Shown in pieces: positions 27,301 through 42,300 of a DNA stretch of 64,000 nt. The DNA comes from Yuukianura sp. NJ FZ-2021. Lineage: Eukaryota. Both the position numbers and the translations under genes were made by a program. The stretch covers positions 1-64,000 of the forward strand of contig JAJCTO010000011.1 of assembly GCA_046563655.1 (NCBI GenBank), written 5' to 3'. Each line of letters opens with the position of its first letter. Positions within the stretch are counted from its first letter, which is position 1. The notes beneath the pieces were generated by a model that saw nothing but the letters and a program-made list of their open reading frames with translations, was not told where the DNA came from and searched no databases.

Positions 27301-30300
27301 AGTGCTACAGGAACCCACGTTCAGTTGCTGTGTCGTCCCTCATCTCGTGAACCTTTTTTTATGAAAATTTGTTTCAAAACAAATCAATCGAAAAACCTCC
27401 ACGCGGAGCGATGCCGGGCGAAAATGAGTTACTTTTCTGAAATCCTGCTGAAAAGTACTACAGAAACCAAAGTTTAATTGGCGTGGATAGATTGCAATTA
27501 AATCTGGTTAGAGCGTACTTAAAAGTCTGAATGAAACGCTCAACTTCGGATTTTATCTCGGGTTGGAATACGGCACCCAGGGCAATGTCGAGCACCATTT
27601 TGACACAAAACGACTTAAATTTGTGAGAGTGAACATGCAAATGTGAGAATGAACAGAAAGTAAATTACATTTTTGAAATCCTCATAAAAAGTGCTACAGG
27701 AACCCACTTTCACTTGCTGTGTCGTCCATCATCTTGTTACCTTTATTTATGAAAATTCATGTTTCAAAACAAAAAATTCAAAAGAAATGCATTCCGGAAC
27801 AATGCTGGGTAAAAGTCAACTATATTTTTGGAATCCTCATAAAAAGTGCTACAGGAACCCACGTTCAGTTGCTGTGTCGTCCCTCATCTCGTGACCCTTT
27901 TTTTATGAAAATTTGTTTCAAAACAAATCAATCGAAAAACCTCCACGCGGAGCCATGCCGGGCGAAAATGAGTTACTTTTCTGAAATCCTGCTGAAAAGT
28001 ACTACAGGAACCAAAGTTTAATTGGCGTGGATAGATTGCAATTAAATCTGGTTAGAGCGTACTTAAAAGTCTGAATGAAACGCTCAACTTCGGATTTTAT
28101 CTCGGGTTGGAATACGGCACCCAGGGCAATGTCGAGCACCATTTTGACACAAAACGACTTAAATTTGTGAGAGTGAACATGCAAATGTGAGAATGAACAG
28201 AAAGTAAATTACATTTTTGAAATCCTCATAAAAAGTGCTACAGGAACCCACTTTCACTTGCTGTGTCGTCCATCATCTTGTTACCTTTATTTACGAAAAT
28301 TCATGTTTCAAAACAAAAAATTCAAAAGAAATGCATTCCGAAACGATGCTGGGTAAAAGTCAACTATACTTTTGAAATCCTCATAAAAAGTGCTACAGGA
28401 ACCCACGTTCAGTTGCTGTGTCGTCCCTCATCTCGTGACCCTTTTTTTTATGAAAATTTGTTTCAAAACAAATCAATCGAAAAACCTCCACGCGGAGCGA
28501 TGCCGGGCGAAAATGAGTTACTTTTCTGAAATCCTGCTGAAAAGTACTACAGGAACCAACGTTTAATTGGCGTGGATAGATTGCAATTAAATCTGGTTAG
28601 AGCGTACTTAAAAGTCTGAATGAAACGCTCAACTTCGGATTTTATCTCGAGTTGGAATACGGCACCCAGGGCAATGTCGAGCACCATTTTGACACAAAAC
28701 GACTTAAATTTGTGAGAGTGAACATGCAAATGTGAGAATGAACAGAAAGTAAATTACATTTTTGAAATCCTCATAAAAAGTGCTACAGGAACCCACTTTC
28801 ACTTGCTGTGTCGTCCATCATCTTGTTACCATTATTTATGAAAATTCATGTTTCAAAACAAAAAATTCAAAAGAAATGCATTCCGGAACAATGCTGGGTA
28901 AAAGTCAACTACAGTTTTGAAATCCTCATAAAAAGTGCTACAGGAACCCACGTTCAGTTGCTGTGTCGTCCCTCATCTCGTGACCCTTTTTTTATGAAAA
29001 TTTGTTTCAAAACAAATCAATCGAAAAACCTCCACGCGGAGCGATGCCGGGCGAAAATGAGTTACTTTTCTGAAATCCTGCTGAAAAGTACTACAGGAAC
29101 CCAAGTTTAATTGGCGTGGATAGATCGCAATTAAATCTGGTTAGAGCGCACTTAAAAGTCTGAATGAAACGCTCAACTTCGGATTTTATCTCGGGTTGGA
29201 ATACGGCACCCAGGGCAATGTCGAGCACCATTTTGACACAAAACGACTTAAATTTATGAGAGTGAACATGCAAATGTGAGAATGAACAGAAAGTAAATTA
29301 CATTTTTGAAATCCTCCTGAAAAGTACTACAGGAACCCAAGTTTAATTGGCGTGGATAGATCGCAATTAAATCTGGTTAGAGCGCACTTAAAAGTCTGAA
29401 TGAAACGCTCAACTTCGGATTTTATCTCGAGTTGGAATACGGCACCCAGGGCAATGTCGAGCACCATTTTGACACAAAACGACTTAAATTTGTGAGAGTG
29501 AACATGCAAATGTGAGAATGAACAGAAAGTAAATTACATTTTTGAAATCCTCATAAAAAGTGCTACAGGAACCCACTTTCACTTGCTGTGTCGTCCCTTA
29601 TCTTGTTACCATTGTTTATGAAAATTCATGTTTCAAAACAAAAAATTCAAAAGAAATGCATTCCGGAACAATGCTGGGTAAAAGTCAACTACATTTTTGA
29701 AATCCTCATAAACAGGGCTACAGGAACCCACTTTCAGTTGCTGTGTCGTCCCTCATCTCGTGACCTTTTTTTATGAAAATTTGTTTCAAAACAAATCATT
29801 CGAAAAACCTCCACGCGGAGCGATGGCAGGTGAAAATGAGTTACTTTTCTGAAATCCTCCTGAAAAGTACTACAGGAACCAAAGTTTAATTGGCGTGGAT
29901 AGATTGCAATTAAATCTGGTTAGAGCGTACTTAAAAGTCTGAATGAAACGCTCAACTTCGGATTTTATCTCGGGTTGGAATACGGCACCCAGGGCAATGT
30001 CGAGCACCATTTTGACACAAAACGACTTAAATTTGTGAGAGTGAACATGCAAATGTGAGAATGAACAGAAAGTAAATTACATTTTTGAAATCCTCATAAA
30101 AAGTGCTACAGGAACCCACTTTCACTTGCTGTGTCGTCCATCATCTTGTTACCTTTATTTATGAAAATTCATGTTTCAAAACAAAAAATTCAAAAGAAAT
30201 GCATTCCGGAACGATGCTGGGTAAAAGTCAACTATACTTTTGAAATCCTCATAAAAAGTGCTACAGGAACCCACTTTCACTTGCTGTGTCGTCCATCATC

Positions 30301-33300
30301 TTGTTACCTTTATTTATGAAAATCCATGTTTCAAAACATAGAATTCAAAAGAAATGCATTCCGGAACGATGCTTAGGTAAAAGTCAACTATATTTTTGGA
30401 ATCCTCATAAAAAGTGCTACAGGAACCCACGTTCAGTTGCTGTGTCGTCCCTCATCTCGTGACCCTTTTTTTATGAAAATTTGTTTCAAAACAAACCAAT
30501 CGAAAAACCTCCACGCGCAGCGATGCCGGGCAAAAATGAGTTACTTTTCTGAAATCGTCCTGAAAAGTACTACAGGAACCAAAGTTTAATTGGCGTGGAT
30601 AGATTGCAATTAAATCTGGTTAGAGCGTACTTAAAAGTCTGAATGAAACGCTCAACTTCGGATTTTATCTCGGGTTGGAATACGGCACCCAGGGCAATGT
30701 CGAGCACCATTTTGACACAAAACGACTTAAATTTGTGGGAGTGAACATGCAAATGTGAGAATGAACAGAAAGTAAATTACATTTTTGAAATCCTCATAAA
30801 AAGTGCTACAGGAACCCGCTTTCACTTGCTGTGTCGTCCATCATCTTGTTACCTTTATTTATGAAAATTCATGTTTCAAAACAAAAAATTCAAAAGAAAT
30901 GCATTCCGGAACGATGCTGGGTAAAAGTCAACTATACTTTTGAAATCCTCATAAAAAGTGCTACAGGAACCCATGTTCAGTTGCTGTGTCGTCCCTCATC
31001 TCGTGACCCTTTTTTTTATGAAAATTTGTTTCAAAACAAATCAATCGAAAAACCTCCACGCGGAGCGATGCCGGGCGAAAATGAGTTACTTTTCTGAAAT
31101 CCTGCTGAAAAGTACTACAGGAACCAAAGTTTAATTGGCGTGGATAGATTGCAATTAAATCTGGTTAGAGCGTACTTAAAAGTCTGAATGAAACGCTCAA
31201 CTTCGGATTTTATCTCGGGTTGGAATACGGCACCCAGGGCAATGTCGAGCACCATTTTGACGCAGAACGACTTAAATTTGTGAGATTGAATATGCAAATG
31301 TGAGAATGAACAGAAAGTAAATTACATTTTTGAAATCCTCATAAAAAGGGCTACAGCAACCCACTTTCACTTCCTGTGTCGTCCATCATCTTGTTACCTT
31401 TATTTATGAAAATTCATGTTTCAAAACAAAAAATTCAAAAGAAATGCATTCCGGAACGATGCTGGGTAAAAGTCAACTATACTTTTGACATCCTCATAAA
31501 AAGTGCAACAGGAACCCACTTTCACTTGCTGTGTCGTCCATCATCTTGTTACCTTTATTTATGAAAATTCATGTTTCAAAACAAAAATTCAAAAGAAATG
31601 CATTCCGGAACGATGCTGGGTAAAAGTCAACTATACTTTTGAAATCCTCATAAAAAGTGCTACAGGAACCCACGTTCAGTTGCTGTGTCGTCCCTCATCT
31701 CGTGACCCTTTTTTTATGAAAATTTGTTTCAAAACAAATCAATCGAAAAACCTCCACGCGGAGCGATGCCGGGCGAAAATGAGTTACTTTTCTGAAATCC
31801 TGCTGAAAAGTACTACAGGAACCAACGTTTAATTGGCGTGGATAGATTGCAATTAAATCTGGTTAGAGCGTACTTAAAAGTCTGAATGAAACGCTCAACT
31901 TCGGATTTTATCTCGAGTTGGAATACGGCACCCAGGGCAATGTCGAGCACCATTTTGACACAAAACGACTTAAATTTGTGAGAGTGAACATGCAAATGTG
32001 AGAATGAACAGAAAGTAAATTACATTTTTGAAATCCTCATAAAAAGTGCTACAGGAACCCGCTTTCACTTGCTGTGTCGTCCATCATCTTGTTACCTCTA
32101 TTTATGAAAATTCATGTTTCAAAACAAAAAATTCAAAAGAAATGCATTCCGGAACGATGCTGGGTAAAAGTCAACTATACTTTTGAAATCCTCATAAAAA
32201 GTGCTACAGGAACCCACGTTCAGTTGCTGTGTCGTCCCTCATCTCGTGACCCTTTTTTATAAAAATTTTTTTCAAAACAAATCACACGAAAAACCTCCAC
32301 GCGGAGCGATGCCGGGCGAAAATGAGTTACTTTTCTGAAATCCTCATAAAAAGTGCTACAGGAACCCACTTTCACTTGCTGTGTCGTCCATCATCTTGTT
32401 ACCTTTATTTATGAAAATTCATGTTTCAAAACAAAAAATTCAAAAGAAATGCATTCCGGAACGATGCTGGGTAAAAGTCAACTATACTTTTGAAATCCTC
32501 ATAAAAACTGCAACAGGAACCCACTTTCACTTGCTGTGTCGTCCATCATCTTGTTACCTTTATTTATGAAAATTCATGTTTCAAAACAAAAAATTCAAAA
32601 GAAATGCATTCCGGAACGATGCTGGGTAAAAGTCAACTATACTTTTGAAATCCTCATAAAAAGTGCTACAGGAACCCACGTTCAGTTGCTGTGTCGTCCC
32701 TCATCTCGTGACCCTTTTTTTATGAAAATTTGTTTCAAAACAAATCAATCGAAAAACCTCCACGCGGAGCGATGCCGGGCGAAAATGAGTTACTTTTCTG
32801 AAATCCTGCTGAAAAGTACTACAGGAACCAACGTTTAATTGGCGTGGATAGATTGCAATTAAATCTGGTTAGAGCGTACTTCTTAAAAGTCTGAATGAAA
32901 CGCTCAACTTCGGATTTTATCTCGAGTTGGAATACGGCACCCAGGGCAATGTCGAGCACCATTTTGACACAAAACGACTTAAATTTGTGAGAGTGAACAT
33001 GCAAATGTGAGAATGAACAGAAAGTAAATTACATTTTTGAAATCCTCATAAAAAGTGCTACAGGAACCCACTTTCACTTGCTGTGTCGTCCATCATCTTG
33101 TTACCTTTATTTATGAAAATTCATGTTTCAAAACAAAAAATTCAAAAGAAATGCATTCCGGAACGATGCTGGGTAAAAGTCAACTATACTTTTGAAATCC
33201 TCATAAAAAGTGCTACAGGAACCCACGTTCAGTTGCTGTGTCGTCCCTCATCTCGTGACCCTTTTTTTATGAAAATTTGTTTCAAAACAAATCAATCGAA

Positions 33301-36300
33301 AAACCTCCACGCGGAGCGATGCCGGGCGAAAATGAGTTACTTTTCTGAAATCCTGCTGAAAAGTACTACAGGAACCAACGTTTAATTGGCGTGGATAGAT
33401 TGCAATTAAATCTGGTTAGAGCGTACTTAAAAGTCTGAATGAAACGCTCAACTTCGGATTTTATCTCGAGTTGGAATACGGCACCCAGGGCAATGTCGAG
33501 CACCATTTTGACACAAAACGACTTAAATTTGTGAGAGTGAACATGCAAATGTGAGAATGAACAGAAAGTAAATTACATTTTTGAAATCCTCATAAAAAGT
33601 GCTACAGGAACCCACTTTCACTTGCTGTGTCGTCCATTATCTTGTTACCATTATTTATGAAAATTCATGTTTCAAAACAAAAAATTCAAAAGAAATGCAT
33701 TCCGGAACAATGCTGGGTAAAAGTCAACTACATCTTTGGAAATCCTCATAAAAAGTGCTACAGGAACCCACGTTCAGTTGCTGTGTCGTCCCTCATCTCG
33801 TGACCCTTTTTTTATGAAAATTTGTTTCAAAACAAATCAATCGAAAAACCTCCACGCGGAGCGATGCCGGGCGAAAATGAGTTACTTTTCTGAAATCCTG
33901 CTGAAAAGTACTACAGGAACCAAAGTTTAATTGGCGTGGATAGATTGCAATTAAATCTGGTTAGAGCGTACTTAAAAGTCTGAATGAAACGCTCAACTTC
34001 GGATTTTATCTCGGGTTGGAATACGGCACCCAGGGCAATGTCGAGCACCATTTTGACACAAAACGACTTAAATTTGTGAGAGTGAACATGCAAATGTGAG
34101 AATGAACAGAAAGTAAATTACATTTTTGAAATCCTCATAAAAAGTGCTACAGGAACCCACTTTCACTTGCTGTGTCGTCCATCATCTTGTTACCTTTATT
34201 TATGAAAATTCATGTTTCAAAACAAAAAATTCAAAAGAAATGCATTCCGGAACGATGCTGGGTAAAAGTCAACTATACTTTTGAAATCCTCATAAAAAGT
34301 GGTACAGGAACCCACTTTCACTTGCTGTGTCGTCCATCATCTTGTTACCTTTATTTATAACAATTCATGTTTCAAAACATAGAATTCAAAAGAAATGCAT
34401 TCCGGAACGATGCTGGGTAAAAGTCAACTGTATTTTTGGAAATCCTCATAAAAAGTGCTACAGGAACCCACGTTCAGTTGCTGTGTCGTCCCTCATCTCG
34501 TGACCCTTTTTTTATGAAAATTTGTTTCAAAACAAACCAATCGAAAAACCTCCACGCGCAGCGATGCCGGGCAAAAATGAGTTACTTTTCTGAAATCCTC
34601 CTGAAAAGTACTACAGGAACACAAGTTTAATTGGCGTGGATAGATCGCAATTAAATCTGGTTAAAGCGTACTTACAAGTCTGAATGAACCGCTCTGCCTC
34701 GGATTTTACCTTGGGTTGGTATACGCCACACAGGGCAATGTCGAGCACCATTTTGACGCAGAACGACTTAAATTTGTGAGAATGAACATGCAAATGTGAG
34801 AATGAACAGAAAGTAAATTACATTTTTGAAATCCTCATAAAAAGTGCTACAGGAACCCACTTTCACTTGCTGTGTCGTCCATCATCTTGTTACCTGTATT
34901 TATGAAAATCCATGTTTCAAAACAAAGAATTCAAAAGAAATGCATTCCGGAACAATGCTGGGTAAAAGTCAACTATATTTTTGGAATCCTCATAAAAAGT
35001 GCTACAGGAACCCACTTTCACTTGCTGTGTCGTCCATCATCTTGTTACCTGTATTTATGAAAATCCATGTTTCAAAACAAAAAATTCAAAAGAAATGCAT
35101 TCCGGAACGATGCTGGGTAAAAGTCAACTATACTTTTGAAATCCTCATAAAAAGTGCTACAGGAACCCACGTTCAGTTGCTGTGTCGTCCCTCATCTCGT
35201 GACCCTTTTTTTATGAAAATTTGTTTCAAAACAAATCAATCGAAAAACCTCCACGCGGAGCGATGCCGGGCGAAAATGAGTTACTTTTCTGAAATCCTGC
35301 TGAAAAGTACTACAGGAACCAAAGTTTAATTGGCGTGGATAGATTGCAATTAAATCTGGTTAGAGCGTACTTAAAAGTCTGAATGAAACGCTCAACTTCG
35401 GATTTTATCTCGGGTTGGAATACGGCACCCAGGGCAATGTCGAGCACCATTTTGACACAAAACGACTTAAATTTGTGGGAGTGAACATGCAAATGTGAGA
35501 ATGAACAGAAAGTAAATTACATTTTTGAAATCCTCATAAAAAGTGCTACAGGAACCCGCTTTCACTTGCTGTGTCGTCCATCATCTTGTTACCTCTATTT
35601 ATGAAAATTCATGTTTCAAAACAAAAAATTCAAAAGAAATGCATTCCGGAACGATGCTGGGTAAAAGTCAACTATACTTTTGAAATCCTCATAAAAAGTG
35701 CTACAGGAACCCACGTTCAGTTGCTGTGTCGTCCCTCATCTCGTGACCCTTTTTTTTATGAAAATTTGTTTCAAAACAAATCAATCGAAAAACCTCCACT
35801 CGGAGCGATGCCGGGCGAAAATGAGTTACTTTTCTGAAATCCTGCTGAAAAGTACTACAGGAACCAAAGTTTAATTGGCGTGGATAGATTGCAATTAAAT
35901 CTGGTTAGAGCGTACTTAAAAGTCTGAATGAAACGCTCAACTTCGGATTTTATCTCGGGTTGGAATACGGCACCCAGGGCAATGTCGAGCACCATTTTGA
36001 CGCAGAACGACTTAAATTTGTGAGATTGAATATGCAAATGTGAGAATGAACAGAAAGTAAATTACATTTTTGAAATCCTCATAAAAAGGGCTACAGCAAC
36101 CCACTTTCACTTCCTGTGTCGTCCATCATCTTGTTACCTTTATTTATGAAAATTCATGTTTCAAAACAAAAAATTCAAAAGAAATGCATTCCGGAACGAT
36201 GCTGGGTAAAAGTCAACTATACTTTTGAAATCCTCATAAAAAGTGCAACAGGAACCCACTTTCACTTGCTGTGTCGTCCATCATCTTGTTACCTTTATTT

Positions 36301-39300
36301 ATGAAAATTCATGTTTCAAAACAAAAAATTCAAAAGAAATGCATTCCGGAACGATGCTGGGTAAAAGTCAACTATACTTTTGAAATCCTCATAAAAAGTG
36401 CTACAGGAACCCACGTTCAGTTGCTGTGTCGTCCCTCATCTCGTGACCCTTTTTTTATGAAAATTTGTTTCAAAACAAATCAATCGAAAAACCTCCACGC
36501 GGAGCGATGCCGGGCGAAAATGAGTTACTTTTCTGAAATCCTGCTGAAAAGTACTACAGGAACCAACGTTTAATTGGCGTGGATAGATTGCAATTAAATC
36601 TGGTTAGAGCGTACTTAAAAGTCTGAATGAAACGCTCAACTTCGGATTTTATCTCGAGTTGGAATACGGCACCCAGGGCAATGTCGAGCACCATTTTGAC
36701 ACAAAACGACTTAAATTTGTGAGAGTGAACATGCAAATGTGAGAATGAACAGAAAGTAAATTACATTTTTGAAATCCTCATAAAAAGTGCTACAGGAACC
36801 CGCTTTCACTTGCTGTGTCGTCCATCATCTTGTTACCTCTATTTATGAAAATTCATGTTTCAAAACAAAAAATTCAAAAGAAATGCATTCCGGAACGATG
36901 CTGGGTAAAAGTCAACTAAACTTTTGAAATCCTCATAAAAAGTGCAACAGGAACCCACTTTCACTTGCTGTGTCGTCCATCATCTTGTTACCTTTATTTA
37001 TGAAAATTCATGTTTCAAAACAAAAAATTCAAAAGAAATGCATTCCGGAACGATGCTGGGTAAAAGTCAACTATACTTTTGAAATCCTCATAAAAAGTGC
37101 TACAGGAACCCACTTTCACTTGCTGTGTCGTCCATCATCTTGTTACCTTTATTTATGAAAATTCATGTTTCAAAACAAAAAATTCAAAAGAAATGCATTC
37201 CGGAACGATGCTGGGTAAAAGTCAACTAAACTTTTGAAATCCTCATAAAAAGTGCAACAGGAACCCACTTTCACTTGCTGTGTCGTCCATCATCTTGTTA
37301 CCTTTATTTATGAAAATTCATGTTTCAAAACAAAAAATTCAAAAGAAATGCATTCCGGAACGATGCTGGGTAAAAGTCAACTATACTTTTGAAATCCTCA
37401 TAAAAAGTGCTACAGGAACCCACTTTCACTTGCTGTGTCGTCCATCATCTTGTTACCTTTATTTATGAAAATTCATGTTTCAAAACAAAAAATTCAAAAG
37501 AAATGCATTCCGGAACGATGCTGGGTAAAAGTCAACTAAACTTTTGAAATCCTCATAAAAAGTGCAACAGGAACCCACTTTCACTTGCTGTGTCGTCCAT
37601 CATCTTGTTACCTTTATTTATGAAAATTCATGTTTCAAAACAAAAAATTCAAAAGAAATGCATTCCGGAACGATGCTGGGTAAAAGTCAACTATACTTTT
37701 GAAATCCTCATAAAAAGTGCTACAGGAACCCACTTTCACTTGCTGTGTCGTCCATCATCTTGTTACCTTTATTTATGAAAATTCATGTTTCAAAACAAAA
37801 AATTCAAAAGAAATGCATTCCGGAACGATGCTGGGTAAAAGTCAACTATACTTTTGAAATCCTCATAAAAAGTGCAACAGGAACCCACTTTCACTTGCTG
37901 TGTCGTCCATCATCTTGTTACCTTTATTTATGAAAATTCATGTTTCAAAACAAAAAATTCAAAAGAAATGCATTCCGGAACGATGCTGGGTAAAAGTCAA
38001 CTATACTTTTGAAATCCTCATAAAAAGTGCTACAGGAACCCACGTTCAGTTGCTGTGTCGTCCCTCATCTCGTGACCCTTTTTTTATGAAAATTTGTTTC
38101 AAAACAAATCAATCGAAAAACCTCCACGCGGAGCGATGCCGGGCGAAAATGAGTTACTTTTCTGAAATCCTGCTGAAAAGTACTACAGGAACCAAAGTTT
38201 AATTGGCGTGGATAGATTGCAATTAAATCTGGTTAGAGCGTACTTAAAAGTCTGAATGAAACGCTCAACTTCGGATTTTATCTCGGGTTGGAATACGGCA
38301 CCCAGGGCAATGTCGAGCACCATTTTGACACAAAACGACTTAAATTTGTGAGAGTGAACATGCAAATGTGAGAATGAACAGAAAGTAAATTACATTTTTG
38401 AAATCCTCATAAAAAGTGCTACAGGAACCCACTTTCACTTGCTGTGTCGTCCATCATCTTGTTACCTGTATTTATGAAAATCCATGTTTCAAAACAAAGA
38501 ATTCAAAAGAAATGCATTCCGGAACAATGCTGGGTAAAAGTCAACTATATTTTTGGAATCCTCATAAAAAGTGCTACAGGAACCCACTTTCACTTGCTGT
38601 GTCGTCCATCATCTTGTTACCTGTATTTATGAAAATCCATGTTTCAAAACAAAAAATTCAAAAGAAATGCATTCCGGAACGATGCTGGGTAAAAGTCAAC
38701 TATACTTTTGAAATCCTCATAAAAAGTGCTACAGGAACCCACGTTCAGTTGCTGTGTCGTCCCTCATCTCGTGACCCTTTTTTTATGAAAATTTGTTTCA
38801 AAACAAATCAATCGAAAAACCTCCACGCGGAGCGATGCCGGGCGAAAATGAGTTACTTTTCTGAAATCCTGCTGAAAAGTACTACAGGAACCAAAGTTTA
38901 ATTGGCGTGGATAGATTGCAATTAAATCTGGTTAGAGCGTACTTAAAAGTCTGAATGAAACGCTCAACTTCGGATTTTATCTCGGGTTGGAATACGGCAC
39001 CCAGGGCAATGTCGAGCACCATTTTGACACAAAACGACTTAAATTTGTGGGAATGAACATGCAAATGTGAGAATGAACAGAAAGTAAATTACATTTTTGA
39101 AATCCTCATAAAAAGTGCTACAGGAACCCGCTTTCACTTGCTGTGTCGTCCATCATCTTGTTACCTCTATTTATGAAAATTCATGTTTCAAAACAAAAAA
39201 TTCAAAAGAAATGCATTCCGGAACGATGCTGGGTAAAAGTCAACTATACTTTTGAAATCCTCATAAAAAGTGCTACAGGAACCCACGTTCAGTTGCTGTG

Positions 39301-42300
39301 TCGTCCCTCATCTCGTGACCCTTTTTTTTATGAAAATTTGTTTCAAAACAAATCAATCGAAAAACCTCCACGCGGAGCGATGCCGGGCGAAAATGAGTTA
39401 CTTTTCTGAAATCCTGCTGAAAAGTACTACAGGAACCAAAGTTTAATTGGCGTGGATAGATTGCAATTAAATCTGGTTAGAGCGTACTTAAAAGTCTGAA
39501 TGAAACGCTCAACTTCGGATTTTATCTCGGGTTGGAATACGGCACCCAGGGCAATGTCGAGCACCATTTTGACGCAGAACGACTTAAATTTGTGAGATTG
39601 AATATGCAAATGTGAGAATGAACAGAAAGTAAATTACATTTTTGAAATCCTCATAAAAAGGGCTACAGGAACCCACTTTCACTTGCTGTGTCGTCCATCA
39701 TCTTGTTACCTTTATTTATGAAAATTCATGTTTCAAAACAAAAAATTCAAAAGAAATGCATTCCGGAACGATGCTGGGTAAAAGTCAACTATACTTTTGA
39801 AATCCTCATAAAAAGTGCAACAGGAACCCACTTTCACTTGCTGTGTCGTCCATCATCTTGTTACCTTTATTTATGAAAATTCATGTTTCAAAACAAAAAA
39901 TTCAAAAGAAATGCATTCCGGAACGATGCTGGGTAAAAGTCAACTATACTTTTGAAATCCTCATAAAAAGTGCTACAGGAACCCACGTTCAGTTGCTGTG
40001 TCGTCCCTCATCTCGTGACCCTTTTTTTATGAAAATTTGTTTCAAAACAAATCAATCGAAAAACCTCCACGCGGAGCGATGCCGGGCGAAAATGAGTTAC
40101 TTTTCTGAAATCCTGCTGAAAAGTACTACAGGAACCAACGTTTAATTGGCGTGGATAGATTGCAATTAAATCTGGTTAGAGCGTACTTAAAAGTCTGAAT
40201 GAAACGCTCAACTTCGGATTTTATCTCGAGTTGGAATACGGCACCCAGGGCAATGTCGAGCACCATTTTGACACAAAACGACTTAAATTTGTGAGAGTGA
40301 ACATGCAAATGTGAGAATGAACAGAAAGTAAATTACATTTTTGAAATCCTCATAAAAAGTGCTACAGGAACCCGCTTTCACTTGCTGTGTCGTCCATCAT
40401 CTTGTTACCTCTATTTATGAAAATTCATGTTTCAAAACAAAAAATTCAAAAGAAATGCATTCCGGAACGATGCTGGGTAAAAGTCAACTATACTTTTGAA
40501 ATCCTCATAAAAAGTGCAACAGGAACCCACTTTCACTTGCTGTGTCGTCCATCATCTTGTTACCTCTATTTATGAAAATTCATGTTTCAAAACAAAAAAT
40601 TCAAAAGAAATGCATTCCGGAACGATGCTGGGTAAAAGTCAACTATACTTTTGAAATCCTCATAAAAAGTGCTACAGGAACCCACTTTCACTTGCTGTGT
40701 CGTCCATCATCTTGTTACCTGTATTTATGAAAATCCATGTTTCAAAACAAAAAATTCAAAAGAAATGCATTCCGGAACGATGCTGGGTAAAAGTCAACTA
40801 TACTTTTGAAATCCTCATAAAAAGTGCTACAGGAACCCACGTTCAGTTGCTGTGTCGTCCCTCATCTCGTGACCCTTTTTTTATGAAAATTTGTTTCAAA
40901 ACAAATCAATCGAAAAACCTCCACGCGGAGCGATGCCGGGCGAAAATGAGTTACTTTTCTGAAATCCTGCTGAAAAGTACTACAGGAACCAAAGTTTAAT
41001 TGGCGTGGATAGATTGCAATTAAATCTGGTTAGAGCGTACTTAAAAGTCTGAATGAAACGCTCAACTTCGGATTTTATCTCGGGTTGGAATACGGCACCC
41101 AGGGCAATGTCGAGCACCATTTTGACACAAAACGACTTAAATTTGTGGGAATGAACATGCAAATGTGAGAATGAACAGAAAGTAAATTACATTTTTGAAA
41201 TCCTCATAAAAAGTGCTACAGGAACCCGCTTTCACTTGCTGTGTCGTCCATCATCTTGTTACCTCTATTTATGAAAATTCATGTTTCAAAACAAAAAATT
41301 CAAAAGAAATGCATTCCGGAACGATGCTGGGTAAAAGTCAACTATACTTTTGAAATCCTCATAAAAAGTGCTACAGGAACCCACGTTCAGTTGCTGTGTC
41401 GTCCCTCATCTCGTGACCCTTTTTTTATGAAAATTTGTTTCAAAACAAATCAATCGAAAAACCTCCACGCGGAGCGATGCCGGGCGAAAATGAGTTACTT
41501 TTCTGAAATCCTGCTGAAAAGTACTACAGGAACCAAAGTTTAATTGGCGTGGATAGATTGCAATTAAATCTGGTTAGAGCGTACTTAAAAGTCTGAATGA
41601 AACGCTCAACTTCGGATTTTATCTCGGGTTGGAATACGGCACCCAGGGCAATGTCGAGCACCATTTTGACGCAGAACGACTTAAATTTGTGAGATTGAAT
41701 ATGCAAATGTGAGAATGAACAGAAAGTAAATTACATTTTTGAAATCCTCATAAAAAGGGCTACAGGAACCCACTTTCACTTGCTGTGTCGTCCATCATCT
41801 TGTTACCTTTATTTATGAAAATTCATGTTTCAAAACAAAAAATTCAAAAGAAATGCATTCCGGAACGATGCTGGGTAAAAGTCAACTATACTTTTGAAAT
41901 CCTCATAAAAAGTGCAACAGGAACCCACTTTCACTTGCTGTGTCGTCCATCATCTTGTTACCTTTATTTATGAAAATTCATGTTTCAAAACAAAAAATTC
42001 AAAAGAAATGCATTCCGGAACGATGCTGGGTAAAAGTCAACTATACTTTTGAAATCCTCATAAAAAGTGCTACAGGAACCCACGTTCAGTTGCTGTGTCG
42101 TCCCTCATCTCGTGACCCTTTTTTTATGAAAATTTGTTTCAAAACAAATCAATCGAAAAACCTCCACGCGGAGCGATGCCGGGCGAAAATGAGTTACTTT
42201 TCTGAAATCCTGCTGAAAAGTACTACAGGAACCAACGTTTAATTGGCGTGGATAGATTGCAATTAAATCTGGTTAGAGCGTACTTAAAAGTCTGAATGAA

